Origin: Histomonas meleagridis 2922-C6/04-290x
Lineage: Eukaryota > Protista > Parabasalia
Assembly (NCBI GenBank): GCA_020184695.1
Contig: JAANOX010000271.1
Location: 248,001-312,000, forward strand
Length of the DNA stretch: 64,000 nt
Direction of reading: 5' to 3'
Made by a program: the position numbers and the translations under genes. Position 1 is the first letter of the stretch; each line of letters opens with the position of its first letter. The notes under the pieces were generated by a model. The model was not told the origin of the DNA. It was given only the letters and a program-made list of their open reading frames with translations, and ran no database searches. Shown one piece after another: positions 1 through 12,536 of the stretch.

Positions 1-3000
1 TTTCACTTTGTAATTTCTTAATTTCAATTTCCTTATCTTTTTGTAGTTTATTGATTTCTTTATGATTTTCTTGTTGAAGTTTTTTGATTTCTATTTCTTT
101 TTCTTGTTGAAATTTAATAATTTCGTTTTGATTCTGTTCTAAAATTGATTTGATTTTGTTTTCATTTTCATTTTTTATTTTTTCGATTTCTGTTTCTTTG
201 TCTTTTTTCAATTTATCTATTTCTGTTTGGTTTTCATTTTGTATTTTTCTTATTTCAGCTTCTTTTTCTTTTTGAATTTTCGTAATTTCTTTTTGATTTT
301 GCTCTAAAATTATTTTAATTTTATTTTCGTTTTCATTTTGTATTTTTTGAATTTCTTTTTGATTTTGCTCTAAAATTATTTTAATTTTGTTTTCATTTTC
401 TTCATTTTGCTTTTCAAGTTGCGCAATATTTTTTTCATATGTTTCAGATATTTTTATAATTTCCTTTTTAGAATCAGAATCATTTTTTATTTGTTCAATT
501 AAATCTTTAATTTCGCATTGTAATTCTTTAATTTGTTCTTCTTTTTTATTGATTAAGTTCTGATTTTGTACATTTATTTCATCAATTGAATCTTTTAATT
601 TTTTAATTTCATTTTTTTGCTTTTCTTCAATTTCTTCTAAAACTTTAATTTTACTTTTGAGCTCATTAATTTCTTCTTTTTGCGTTTTGTTTTTCTGTTG
701 AATTTCATTGTTTTGTTTCATTAATTTACTTATTTCATTATTCGAATTATTAATTTCTAAATTTTGTTTTTCATTTGATTCTTTTAATGTTTTTTCTAAC
801 TTTAATAACTTTTCATTTAAAACTTGAATTTCTTTTTCTTTTTCGTCGATTTTCTTATTATTTTCTTCAATTAGTTGTTTAAATTTTATAATTTTTTGCT
901 TCTTTTTTTCTAATTTTATTAAATCTTTTTCTTTTTCTTCAATTTTTTGTTTATAATTTGTAATTTGTTGTTCTTTATTCTGATTTTCTTCTTTAATTTT
1001 TTGAATATCTTCTTTAAATTTATTTATTTCTTTAGTTTTTATATTAATTTGTTCATTTAATTCTTGAATTTTATTATTATTCGAACTATTATTAAGTTTT
1101 TGTTCATTTTCTAATGCTTCGATTTTGTTATTTAGTCTTTCGATTTGTTTATTATTTTCTTTAATTTTTTGGTTTTGATTTTCATTTAGATTTGAAAGTT
1201 TTTCAACTTTTTCATTCGATTCTTTAATTTCTATTTGAAGTTTATCGAATTCATTATATTTATTATTAAGAAGATTTTGTATTTTACTTTTTTGATCATT
1301 TAATTCTTCGATTTGCTTTTCGAATTTTTGTATTTTGTTTGAAAGTTCATTATTTTTATCGATTAAATCTGATATCTTTTTCGATGATTCGATTTGTTGA
1401 TTATTTGCAATTAAATTAATTTGTTCTTTTAACTCATTAATTTGCAAATTTAATTTTTTATTTTTTGATTCGAATTCCAAAAGTTCTTTTTCTTGTAATT
1501 CTTTTGTTAAGTTATTATTTTTTTCTAATTCTTTTATATTATCATTTAATGAATTAATAATTGAATTTTGTTCATTAATTTTTTGCTCTTTTTCTTGTTG
1601 AATATTATTTATTTTCGTTGTAAGTGTTTCAATTATTTGTTCTTTTTCTTTATTTAATGTATGAAGTTTTTGAATTTCATTTTTTAAATTTGTAATTTCG
1701 CTTTCGCTTGTTAATTTTATTTGTTTAATTTCTGTTTCTTTTTCATCAATTTGATTTTTTAACAAATTAATTTGCGAAATTTGTTTTTCAATGTCATTTT
1801 GAAGTTGTTTTATTTTATTTTGTAAAGTTTTAATCATTTTTTGTTCTTCGTTATTATTATTATTATTATTATTATTAATATTTTTTAAGTTTTTAATTTT
1901 TTCTTTCTTCTTCTGTAGTTTTTGTTTGATATCTTCAATAGTATTATAAGCTTCAACTAATTAATCTTCAGTTTTTTGTAAATTCTTTTTATTTTCATCC
2001 GAAATTTTTTGTGTTTCTAATAATTGTTGATTAAGTTTTTCCATTAAATGTAATTGATTATTATATTCATTACGTAATTCTTTAATTTCATTTTCATCAT
2101 TTACATTTTGTGAATTTTCATTTAAATATTTTTTGAGTTCTTTAATTTTATCTTTTTTCTTTCGAAGTTCTTCGTTTAATTCATCAAGTGTATTATAAGC
2201 TTCAACTAATTCATTTTCAGTTTTTTCAAGATTACTTTGTTTTTCTTCTGATATTTTTTGCGTTAATTGTAATTGATTATTTAAATCTTCTTGGATTTCA
2301 ATTTGATTATTTAATTCTTCTTGAAGAATTTTAATATCTTCGTTTTGTAATTCATCAATTTTCTTTTTCATTTGATTAATTTCTTGTATTAATTCTGTTT
2401 TATTATCTTTTTCGGATAAAATTTGATTTTCTTCTTGAAGAATTTGTATTTGTTTTCGAAGTTCAGTATCATTTTCATTAAACATATTTAATAATTCTTC
2501 ATAATCTTTATTAGTCTTAACTTTTTCATCATTATTTTCTTGTCGTGCTAAAGCATTTTCTAATATTTCAATAGCAGAAGTAATATCTTCGTTTTCTTTT
2601 TGTAATCGTTCTATTTCTTGGTAATGTGATTCAGTTTCTTTTAATAATTTTTCTTTTTCTGTTGTAAGCTCAATATTTTCTTTAGTTAACTTATCAATAG
2701 TATTTTTTAACGAAGCAATTTGTACTGAATCACTATGTATAACTTCATTAATTAAAAGGATATCAGTATTCTTTTTTATTAAATGTATTAATTCATGAGC
2801 AAATTCTTTCCAAAGAATTTGTTCACAATTATTTAAATCAATTAAATATTCATTTACAATTGATATTAAATGTGCAAATTTTATTTGACCTGTTTTAAGT
2901 GCTGTTATTAATTCATTAAAAGAAGGTTCATTCAAATCTTTAAATAACAAACATTCTAAAAGTAATAAAGAAGCGATTTTTCGTGTTAATGGTGGTGAAT

Positions 3001-4411
3001 CAGTAGAACAAAGTTTTAATATAAATACTATACCTGTTTGTGAATCTTTCATTTTAGTATTCGATAAAGTTTTAATAAAATGCGTTGTAGCTGAAGTCGA
3101 TTCCCAAATTGTGCCACAAATAAATTGAAACGCATTGATTAAAATATTCGAATTAATATCATTAACATTTAAAACAATATCGATTACATACGTTAAAAAA
3201 CATTTTGTTGTGTTTGGTAAATTAGGACCGAAAAATATTAAAATCGTTTCATGATTCGCTAATATACAACTACATGAAATATTTAATAATGAAATAACTT
3301 CATTGATATGTTCATTAAATGTTCCTAATAATGATGAAGTTTTGTTTCCATTGTTCTTACATATTATGTTCGAAAGTGAATTCGATGTTGTTAATGATTT
3401 AAAGAGATATGATTCAATGCAAAAAAAAGCTGATTTACGTTCATTTTCATCAGTAGAAAATATCGAAATGTTTAAAATCTTTTCCAAGGAATCATTTTGT
3501 TCTGTTAGCTTCGAACATAATTCTGGATTTCCTTTGATGAAAAGTCCTAAAAGTCGAAGAAAATCAGATCGTTTTTCATTAGGTTCTGTTGAATACTCTA
3601 AGACTGGTTGAAATAAACCCGAAGAAATCAAAAATTTCCGAAATGACGAAGAATCATTCGATGAAAAAAGCATAGAAAGTAATTGAATGGATTTATCATC
3701 TTTTAATTTAATCGATGGAAGAAAGATAGAAAGATGCCCCATCTCAACAAACATCTTTTGCGTGATTAAGTTATCTTGGAGAAGTGAATAAATGACAGGA
3801 ATGATTTTGGATGGATCAGATTGAACTTCACGAATAAGTGAATCCATAAGATTAAAGGAGAAAATTTGTTGAACGGTTTCATTGTCTTTAACAAAATCTG
3901 GAATTAAATAAAGAAAATTTGATTTTATCATTTCAGATGAATCTTCTTCAAGAGATAATAAGTTTGACTTAAAATCATTGTCTTCTAGAAATGATTTTTG
4001 TATGTTTGATATTTGAAGTTTAACTAAACGTGATATTATTGAAAGAGCTTGTCCTCGAATTGAAGACTTTTGTGATTTAAGACATGTAGAAATAATGCTA
4101 AGAGATCCTTCAGAATCAAGAATATTTAAAGAATTAGTCACAGAAGTTGGTGATTCTTCTTGAATCAAATTAGACAAAATTAATAAAATGTTAGAAACAA
4201 CATTATCATCTTTAATGTATTTATCTAGATTGTGAATAAGCGTTGGACATGCGTTAGAACCAATTAAATTCGAATAAGTTTTTGCAAATTGTAATAAATC
4301 AATAATTGTATCTTTTTCGTTTATGCCATTTATTAAATCATTGACTTTGTGTTCAACAAATTCTTCATCTGTTTCTTCTGCTTCAGGTGCAAGAAATTTG
4401 AAGAAATTCAT
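1..4411 (-). CDS. USO1: USO1/p115-like vesicle tether (armadillo head plus very long coiled coil); in-frame TAA at 1961-1963; appears to run off the window start
   Basis: The N-terminal ~550 aa resemble the p115 head (e.g. LLSLEEDSSEMIKSN, VQQIFSF) and are followed by K/E/Q/N heptads. I checked ~50 codons past the TAA: the same frame stays open (LVEAYNTIEDIKQKLQKKKEK...), and coiled-coil-like composition continues to position 1. Confidence 0.65.
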
Positions 4412-5105
4412 TTTATTGCGGTAAACGGCTTCCCCGCCGTAAACATGCGACCAAATTTTTAAACGTAATCTCTTAGTGAAAAAATATAACTCTCAATGGA
4501 TTTCCATCAATTTAAAATGTTAATGATTACAATAATATTATGTGTATTATAAAATAAATTATGCAATGATAACTTTAGCATTTAATTAAAAGTGTAGTCA
4601 CGTTTCTGGAACTTTACATTGGTGATTCATTATTTCATAATTTATTACAAATGAATGTACAAAATCAGTGAAACCAGGAAACCTCAAGTCGCATAAAAAT
4701 GATGCAAGAAAGGATTCAAAACCGATTACATAAAATATAGAAAAAATGTCATAACGATCGTTTTTTATACAATTCATAAAAATAACAACTGGCTTTTACC
4801 AAAAAATTTATTCATTTTTTGGTATTAAATATTTAAATTAATCTTCTTAATTAAATATTAATTACCTATTAAAATAATGATTGGGTTTTCATTAATCATA
4901 GTTTAAACACTAAAGTAAATGAAGTCTGGAATCAATTCGCTTATGAACCATAATCAACAATTAATTGTATATTTTTAAAAACCTTTTTCTTCTATCTTTT
5001 TACGAATCAGAACAATAAACAGGTCATCATAAACATTATTAATTTTTATGAATGAAAAATAAAAATTATTGCTTTTTTGTTTATTAAAGTGTGGAATCAC
5101 TTTTT

Positions 5106-8100
5106 TTAAATTGCTTCACATTTATCATGAATTAAATTGGCAATTTCCATGTGACCTTTTTTAGTAGCATATATAAGTGCATTCCAATTTATTTTAAATA
5201 ATTTCCAAATATTATTTTGATATTTTATTTTATAATAATAAATTTTTAATATGAACAATTAACAGCACATTTAGCATCAATATCAATTCCTTCTTGTTCA
5301 AGAAGTAATTTGGCTATTTCTATGCGATTATATGCAGCTGCACAAATGAGTGCTGTTCGAAATATTTAAAATAATTTCCAAATAACACTTTGAAATTTTA
5401 AAATACTAAAATAAACATAAAACAAAATAAGGAAATATCTTTAACATTGATATCGATTCCTTCTTTTTTAAGAAGTAATTCAACAATTTGATTTTTCCCT
5501 TTTTTAGATGCTATAATAAGTATTGTTTGAAAAAATTTCAATAAATTCCAAATATTATTTTGAAATTTTAAGTAATTAAAACAAATATTAAATAAAACAT
5601 AAAAATATTTTTAGCATTAACATCAATTCCTTCTTGTTCAAGAAGTAAATTTACAACTTCTGTGTAACCAAATAAAAATGCGATCATTAATGGGGTATAA
5701 AATAATCAAAATTAACGCCAAGTTATTCAAATAAAGTTTAAATTATCAAAATAAAAATAATCTGCATTTATATCAATATCTTTTTGTTCCAAAAGTAATT
5801 TCAATATCTCTATATTATTATTTCTAGCTGCTATATAAAATGCTGTTTTAAGTTTTTAAGTTAAATTATTCTAAATTATTGAAATAAATGTTTTTATTAA
5901 ATTATTATAATAAATATTAAGTATGAAAAATTAATATAAATTTACATAAATAAACATCATATTATTAAAATAAATATGATATAGATAAAGTAAATAGTTT
6001 TTGCATTAACATCAATTCCTTCTTGTTCAAGAAGTAATTTAACCATTTCTAAATTATCATTCCTAACTGCAATATGTAATGGAGTTTGGAATTATTCAAA
6101 TAAATACCAAATCATTAGAAGAAATATAAAACAATTAAAAGAAATATAAAATTTTGAAAATAAAGTTTAAAACAAATAATTAATTTTAAATTATTATAAT
6201 GAATATAAAATTAACAAAATAGATGTCAAATTATTAGAATAAATTCCAGATAAATTTAGTAAACATTAAGTTCATAAAAAAATTATCATATCATTTAAAC
6301 AAATTCCAAAACATTCAATCAAACTTTAAATGAATAAAATGAATTCTAAACACTGAAAATAAATACCAAATCATTGGAATAAACATAAAATTATTAAAAT
6401 GAATGTCAAATATTTAAAAGAAATACCTTTTTCGTTAACATCAATTCCTTCATGTTCTAAAAGTAATTTGGCAATTTCTATGTTATCATATTTAACTGCT
6501 AAATGAAATGGTGATTGAAATTAATAAAATAATTCCCAAATAATGAAAATAATTTCCAAATATGGTAAAGAAATATAAAATTCAAATAATAAATTTCAAA
6601 TCACTAAAGCAAACTTTAAATTGTTAAAACAATTTTCAAATCATAAATATAAACAAAAAATTATGAATACAAATTTTAAAATATGCAAATAAAATCTAAA
6701 TCATTATGTTAAACATGAAAATATTAATATAAATTTCCAATTGTTTAAAGAAATTTTAAATTATGTTTTAAATAAATATCAAACTAGTAAAATAAAAATT
6801 CATTGCATTAATATTAATATTGTTTTGTGCTAAAAGTAATTTCACGATTTCAATGTTATTATTTTTAACTGCAATGTGAAGAGGTGTTTTAAATATATTA
6901 AATAAACTCCAAATCATTCGAATAAATTTCAAACTTGTTTAATAAATATAAAATTATTTAAGCAAACTATAAATACTTAAAATAAATTGAAAATTATAAA
7001 AAAACATATTCTAAATACATAAAACATATATAAAATAGTAAAAACAAACTTTAAAAATATTAAATAAATTACAAATTAACAAAAGAAATCCAAAATTATA
7101 AAAATTAACATCAAATTCATGAAAAAAATTTGAAATCATTAAAATATATACCAAATCTTGAAATGAAACATAAAATGAATAAAATAAATGCCAAAATTGT
7201 CTAAGCAAATATAAAATATTCAAAATATATTTCAAATTATTGGAATAAATTGGAAATTATACAAATAAATCTTAAATTTTTTTAAAACGAATTACAAACT
7301 ATTAAAATAATCCCAAAACTATTAAAAATTAATTCCAAAACTAATAAAAATAAATTTTTAAGTTATTAATACAAACAATATTATATTAAAAACAAATTTT
7401 AAATTATTGGAATATATATAAAATTAAATATAGAAATTGTTTTTTTGCATTAATATTAATTTCTTCATGCTCTAAAAGTAATTTGACTATTTCTATATTA
7501 TTGTTCTTAACTGCTAAATGTAGTGGTGTTTCAAATTAAGAAAACAAATTCCAAATGATCAAAATGGATATAAAATCAATAAAACAAACATAAAATCATC
7601 CAAACAAACTTTAAATTATTAAAACAAATACAAAAACATTCAAATAAATCATGAATTATAAAAACAAACATAAAATTATTTGAATATATTTCAAATTGGT
7701 GAAACAAATATCAAATATTCAAAATAAATCTCAAATCTTTAAAATAAACAGTAAATTTGCAAAATAAACATTAAATTATAAAAATAAATCGGAAGAGATT
7801 AAATTAAATATAAAATTGGTCAAACCAACGTCAAATTATAAATGTAAATATCAAATTATAAAAGTAAATTTCAAATTATAAAAGTAAATATCAAATTGTC
7901 AAAATAAACATTAATTTGATTAGAAAAACCCAAAAACATTTGAAAAAAATTCAAATTATAAAAATATATATCAAATTTTAAATAACAACATTAAATATGT
8001 AATATGAATAGTAAACAATAAAAACAAACATTTGATGCATTAATATTGATTTCAGGATATTTTAATAGTAATTTAACCATTTTAATATTGTTGTGTTGAA

Positions 8101-10028
8101 CTACCAAATGAAGCGGTGTTTTAAATGTGTGTATAAAATACCAAATCATATAAATTAATTTCAAATTTTTGTAATAAACATAAAATTATTATAACAAATT
8201 TTAAAAATTTGAAACAAATTCCAAATTTTTATAACAAATTTCAAATCATTAAAATTAATTCCAAAACATTAAAACATATAACAAATTGTTAAAATTAATA
8301 TAAAATCAAAAAAATAAACATTTATTGGGTTAATATCAATGCCTTTTTGAGCTAAAAGAATTTTAACGATTTCAATTCTATTATGTTCAACTGCCAAATG
8401 AAGTGCTGTTTCAAATTATGCATATAAGTTTTATTTTATGATAACGAATTTCAAGCATTTAAAGTAAATTATTTTAAATCATTAAAATGAAGATTTTCTT
8501 CATTACAATTTGCTCCTTTTTTTAAAAGCAATTCAACCAATTCTGTGTAACCATTTTTAGATGCAAACATAAGTGCTGTATTAAATAATTCAAATAAGTT
8601 CCAAATATTGTTTCAAAATATCAAATCAAATATTTAAAATTTAAACAACATAATTAAACATCTGTTGCATTAATATCAATTCCTTCTTGTTCTAAAAGAT
8701 ATATAATAAGTTCAACATTTCCATATCCAATAGCAAACTCCAAAATATTTTTTGGAATTTGATTATTTATAAGGAAAATGTTTAACAAGATACAAATTAC
8801 CATTTTTAGCAGATTCATTAATAATAGAATCATTAATTTTCACTTCTTTTTCTTCTAAATATGATAAAATTTCAAAATTACTACTATCAACACAAAAATA
8901 TCTCAAATCATTTATATTCGTTGTTGGAGTTTCAGATTTAAATCTGCTATACATAGAAGATATTCCAAAGCTTCCAAAATTTGTTTGATTTTGAAATCTA
9001 TTTCCAAAAAAAGAAAAACTACCAAATGGCGATTTACAAGAATTACCATCAGAACTTTGCTGATTGGTTTCATCCAATTTTTCTAATTTATTATCATAAA
9101 TATATTTAAAGATATCATTATGATGAAACTTAATTGCTGTTTCATATGCACCTTCAAATGATGAATGATTTAGTTCACATAAATGAATGATTTCTTCATT
9201 TCCACCTGCAACTGCATATTTACCTGTGAAAAATAATCTAGCGTCATTCATAAGTAAATATTTAAAACATTTAACTGATCCAAAAAATGCTGCATAATCA
9301 ATTAATGAAACATTTTCTTTATTAATAAAGTCACATCTTTCATATATTGATGGTGCAATCGTTTGATTAAAATCAAAATTAACATGCGATGATATTTCTT
9401 GAAGTTTTTCAATATCATCATTCCGAATTATTTTCGCAATTTCATTTGAATTAACTCCTTCTTTAACATATTTCTTATGAAGCTCGAAATTGTTTTTTGA
9501 GATTTCTTTATAATTACCTAAAAATTTATTCTCAAATGGATTTTTAAAACCAAAGCCAGTGAATATATCATTGAATTCTTTTTCTGTTTTATAATGTGCA
9601 AAATATTTCGATTTAATATTTTTAGTAATGCTTGCATCAATTAAATTTTGTTCAATCATTTTCTCAATTAAATAATATGATTCTTGTGTTTTATTTTTAA
9701 TGATACATTTAACGAAAATATCAATGATTTTGATGTTTTTGTCAATTTCTTCTTCTCTCTTTTGAAGTTGGAGTAAATAATTCAAATATTTATCAAATAA
9801 AGATTTTTGAGAACAAAATGAAGAAAAAACTAAATTGCATATAACGGTATTAAATGAATATGGGAAAGTTAAATCGAATAATTTCATTGTTTGTTGAATT
9901 GAAGTTTCAATATTTTCTTCAGTTAAATTAAATATGATTTTGTCAAGTGAAGTTAGTAATTCCATGTAATTAGATTTGCTTACCTTATTTAAAGAATTTT
10001 CTTGATTTGTAATCCCTTGTTTCGACAT
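5106..10028 (-). CDS. DUF3447-type ankyrin protein, copy 1: N-terminal domain plus 12 ankyrin repeats whose hairpins are interrupted by 17-nt spacers
   Basis: ORF 8763-10049 carries the family motif IIRNDDIEKL...SLIDYAAFFGSVKCFKYL; likely ATG at 10028. An extra G near 8775 relative to copy 2 shifts the frame. Downstream exons read TALMFASKNGY, TALHLAVEHNR, TPLHLVVQHNN, TPLHLAVKNNN, TPLHIAVKNNN, SPFHLAVKYDN, TPLHIAVRNDN, TAFYIAARNNN, TPLMIAFLFGY, TILIIASKKGK, TALICAAAYNR and NALIYATKKGH, ending at TAA 5106-5108. Confidence 0.85.
7530..8029 (-). repeat. 25 x 20-nt array (17-nt spacer + 1 codon) encoding TNDEWNDEDDYPNTEDEYMCKYYGE
   Basis: Exactly 500 nt between AAT (8030-8032) and ACA (7527-7529). 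Triplets read every 20 nt contain no stop. Confidence 0.85.
8120..8319 (-). repeat. 10 x 20-nt array encoding YVGEGKYEGK
   Basis: Exactly 200 nt; ends in G-K-T-P-L, matching the ankyrin consensus. Confidence 0.85.
8580..8659 (-). repeat. 4 x 20-nt hairpin block giving D-K-D-G-N-T-A-L
   Basis: GAT [GTTTAATTATGTTGTTT] AAA [TTTTAAATATTTGATTT] GAT [ATTTTGAAACAATATTT] GGA [ACTTATTTGAATTATTT] AAT ACA GCA CTT. Confidence 0.9.
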
Positions 10029-10425
10029 AAAACAATATGGTGAGAACAACGGTTTTCATATTCAAAATTGAATTAATTCGAACGACCAACTTTTTTTGAT
10101 AAATTGAATTGCAATTAGCAATCAACATGTTAATTAAGTATTCAAATTTGAAAAGTGTTCTAGAATACCGCTAAATTTCATCATATGATATGAAAGAGAG
10201 AAATTCCAATGGTTTGAAATAAAAGTGACAATGGTCTTTGAATAAGATAAAACGGCTTCTTGTTTTTGTTCAACAGCAAATTTATGGGAAACACAAAGAA
10301 AGATCTCAAAATTTCACCCTTCTCAGATATTTTCCTGGTTACAATTTAAAAATGCATTACCTGATATGTTCATCACTTTAATTTAAAAAAAAATATTTAT
10401 AATAAAAATACTTTTAACAACAAAA

Positions 10426-12519
10426 TTAAGTAACATCATGAACAATGTTAATAATTTTTTGAACCTTTTCAAGTTCGAATTGTGACTTTGGTCTTATTCT
10501 TAGCTGCACACCAATTTCATCACATTTTTCGAATATGATATTTTTGAACTCTCTTATTATTTCTTGCTCTATTCCATGTTTCAATAAAACCTCCAAATTC
10601 AATACAATTTCCATTACGACGATCAAAATCGTGTAAATTTTACACTCGCCACTTTTGAGTTTATTTTGCAGTTTTGCTATTGAAAAGTTCGCAAGCTCAA
10701 AAAAGTCGTTTTCGTGAACTTTTGAAAGATTAATTCCCATCGTTTGCCAATATTTGACAACAAACAACAATGATGATTCTCTAAATATATAATCAAAATG
10801 GACCTTAAATGATTCGATTTCATTTATCCTTTCGTCATTTAGTGCAAATTGTTTCCCACATTCAGCTGGATAATCTTGGAAAAATTCAAAATACTCAAAA
10901 AATAAACATGGAAACGTGTCAAGAATTAATGACAAATTCACAAATCCAGACTTTTGCTTCTCAAAAGTCCCAAATTTTTTTGTTATTATTGATGGAATAT
11001 ATTTTGATAATTCAACTACTGAAGCTTTATATTCAAATCCAATGGGAATTTCCATGCTTGGACGAACCCATTCATTATCGTTAATAACAGAATACATTAA
11101 TATTCGAACATTTCCTCCAATCTTACAATTGGATCCAATTATTGAACATTTTTGAATTACGCAGTTTTGGATTATTTGGGTTCCACTTCCAATAGAAACA
11201 CCATTTTCAATAGTGAAAGGCTGCTCAATAACAGCTTGTGGATCAATTGAAGGTTTTGGGAGACCGTTTTCTACGCAACCGTCAACGATGGAGACCGTAT
11301 TGAGTTTATATGCTTTATGGAAAAGTGACCCTTCTGGTGTTATTTTTGCGAAATAAGGACGAAGATGACTTGAAATAGAGTGTTTAAGTGAGTTTTGAGC
11401 CATTATAGTAAAAAGCAAATCATTATCACTATTGATTATTTGTTTTATTGGGAGTACCCATTCGAATGGAATATAACAAATCTCTTCACAAAACAATTCA
11501 AAAATAGAATCAACGTTCGAAATCTGTGAAAGAATGAATTTGAGATTCTCTAAATTGGTTGGTTTTGCCATTAGAAGTCTTCGTTGAATTATTCTTGCAT
11601 ATAGAAAAGAATCAATCTCATCATTTAAGTAAGACGAAATAAATGAAATAGATATAGTATTATGAGAATTACATGTGGATATATAAACAAGTAATATTCT
11701 TTTGATTTGGTCACGCGTTAATGAGTTTTCGATAAAGTATTGAATAAGTCTATCGAACTCTTTGGCATAAAGAGAATCATTTTTGTAGTTAATTGGAATT
11801 GCAAATTTGGGGTAATCATCATAAATACCAATGGAATTAAGAAAAAGAAAGGTGATTTGATAGCCAATTTGAGCATTAAGAAAAATAATCAGATAATGGA
11901 TATATGGGAGTGAAGTATTATAATTGAAGTTATTAAGAGATTGAAAGTAAATTCCATGTTGATTCAAGTTTTTGAGGTTTGGATTAAGTTCATTCCCATC
12001 TTTTAGAAAATTTCTCAATAAATAATTGGTTATGATGTTGAGGATAAATTGACTAAGAGACTCGTTGAATTTTAATAATGAGTGAAAATTTTGGGTTGCT
12101 ATAAAAATTAATGCCCAAATGATGTATTTGTCATCAAATGAAATAATAAAATTTTTGATATTTTCAAAAATATCTATTGTATTTGACGAAACATTTATGT
12201 ATCCAGATGAAAAATGTGATTTAAAGAAATCAGAAAATTCATCAAATGATAATAATGGATCATTTAAATCAATAAAATAAAATGGCTGATGTTTTTTGAA
12301 AGATAATGTAAATTTTTGTGTGCTACCATGTGAAGGTGTAATATGCAAGTCAATTGGATTTTCGTTTTCTCTGATATCTGTTAAACAAAATGTCCAAAAA
12401 CTATTTTTTAATTCTGCAAGTTCAACGCTACAAAGAGTTCCTTCGATAAAAACATCTACTATAGGTTCTAAATCATTTGATCCATGAATAATCACATTAA
12501 CTTCTTGTGTATCATTCAT
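10426..12519 (-). CDS. Hypothetical protein with a short left-handed beta-helix (hexapeptide repeat) segment
   Basis: 708-aa ORF with VSIGSGTQIIQNCVIQKCSIIGSNCKIGGNVRIL. Start placed at ATG 12519 (MNDTQEV), which follows an initiator-like TCACT. Confidence 0.7.
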   Translation of the reverse strand: MNDTQEVNVIIHGSNDLEPIVDVFIEGTLCSVELAELKNSFWTFCLTDIRENENPIDLHITPSHGSTQKFTLSFKKHQPFYFIDLNDPLLSFDEFSDFFKSHFSSGYINVSSNTIDIFENIKNFIISFDDKYIIWALIFIATQNFHSLLKFNESLSQFILNIITNYLLRNFLKDGNELNPNLKNLNQHGIYFQSLNNFNYNTSLPYIHYLIIFLNAQIGYQITFLFLNSIGIYDDYPKFAIPINYKNDSLYAKEFDRLIQYFIENSLTRDQIKRILLVYISTCNSHNTISISFISSYLNDEIDSFLYARIIQRRLLMAKPTNLENLKFILSQISNVDSIFELFCEEICYIPFEWVLPIKQIINSDNDLLFTIMAQNSLKHSISSHLRPYFAKITPEGSLFHKAYKLNTVSIVDGCVENGLPKPSIDPQAVIEQPFTIENGVSIGSGTQIIQNCVIQKCSIIGSNCKIGGNVRILMYSVINDNEWVRPSMEIPIGFEYKASVVELSKYIPSIITKKFGTFEKQKSGFVNLSLILDTFPCLFFEYFEFFQDYPAECGKQFALNDERINEIESFKVHFDYIFRESSLLFVVKYWQTMGINLSKVHENDFFELANFSIAKLQNKLKSGECKIYTILIVVMEIVLNLEVLLKHGIEQEIIREFKNIIFEKCDEIGVQLRIRPKSQFELEKVQKIINIVHDVT

Positions 12520-12522
12520 AAA

Positions 12523-12527
12523 AGTGA
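12523..12527 (-). promoter_or_regulatory. Initiator-like TCACT just upstream of ATG 12519
   Basis: The TCAY(T) Inr is the established parabasalid core promoter motif; here it lies a few nt before the ATG. Confidence 0.45.
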
Positions 12528-12536
12528 CAGCCTCTA

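Noticed and set aside
1850-1880. (AAT)n microsatellite
   Set aside because: It is an in-frame poly-Asn tract within the USO1-like coiled coil, common in AT-rich protists.
1961-1963. Reassigned stop codons (TAA = Gln/Glu)
   Set aside because: TAA terminates conserved genes normally (RPL13, Rab1, AKR, flavodoxin), and long ORFs contain no other internal TAA.
6990-7440. 16-, 18- and 19-nt spacers as a distinct class
   Set aside because: The differences fall in A/T homopolymers and the aligned spacers in copy 2 are 17 nt, so assembly error or decay is more likely.
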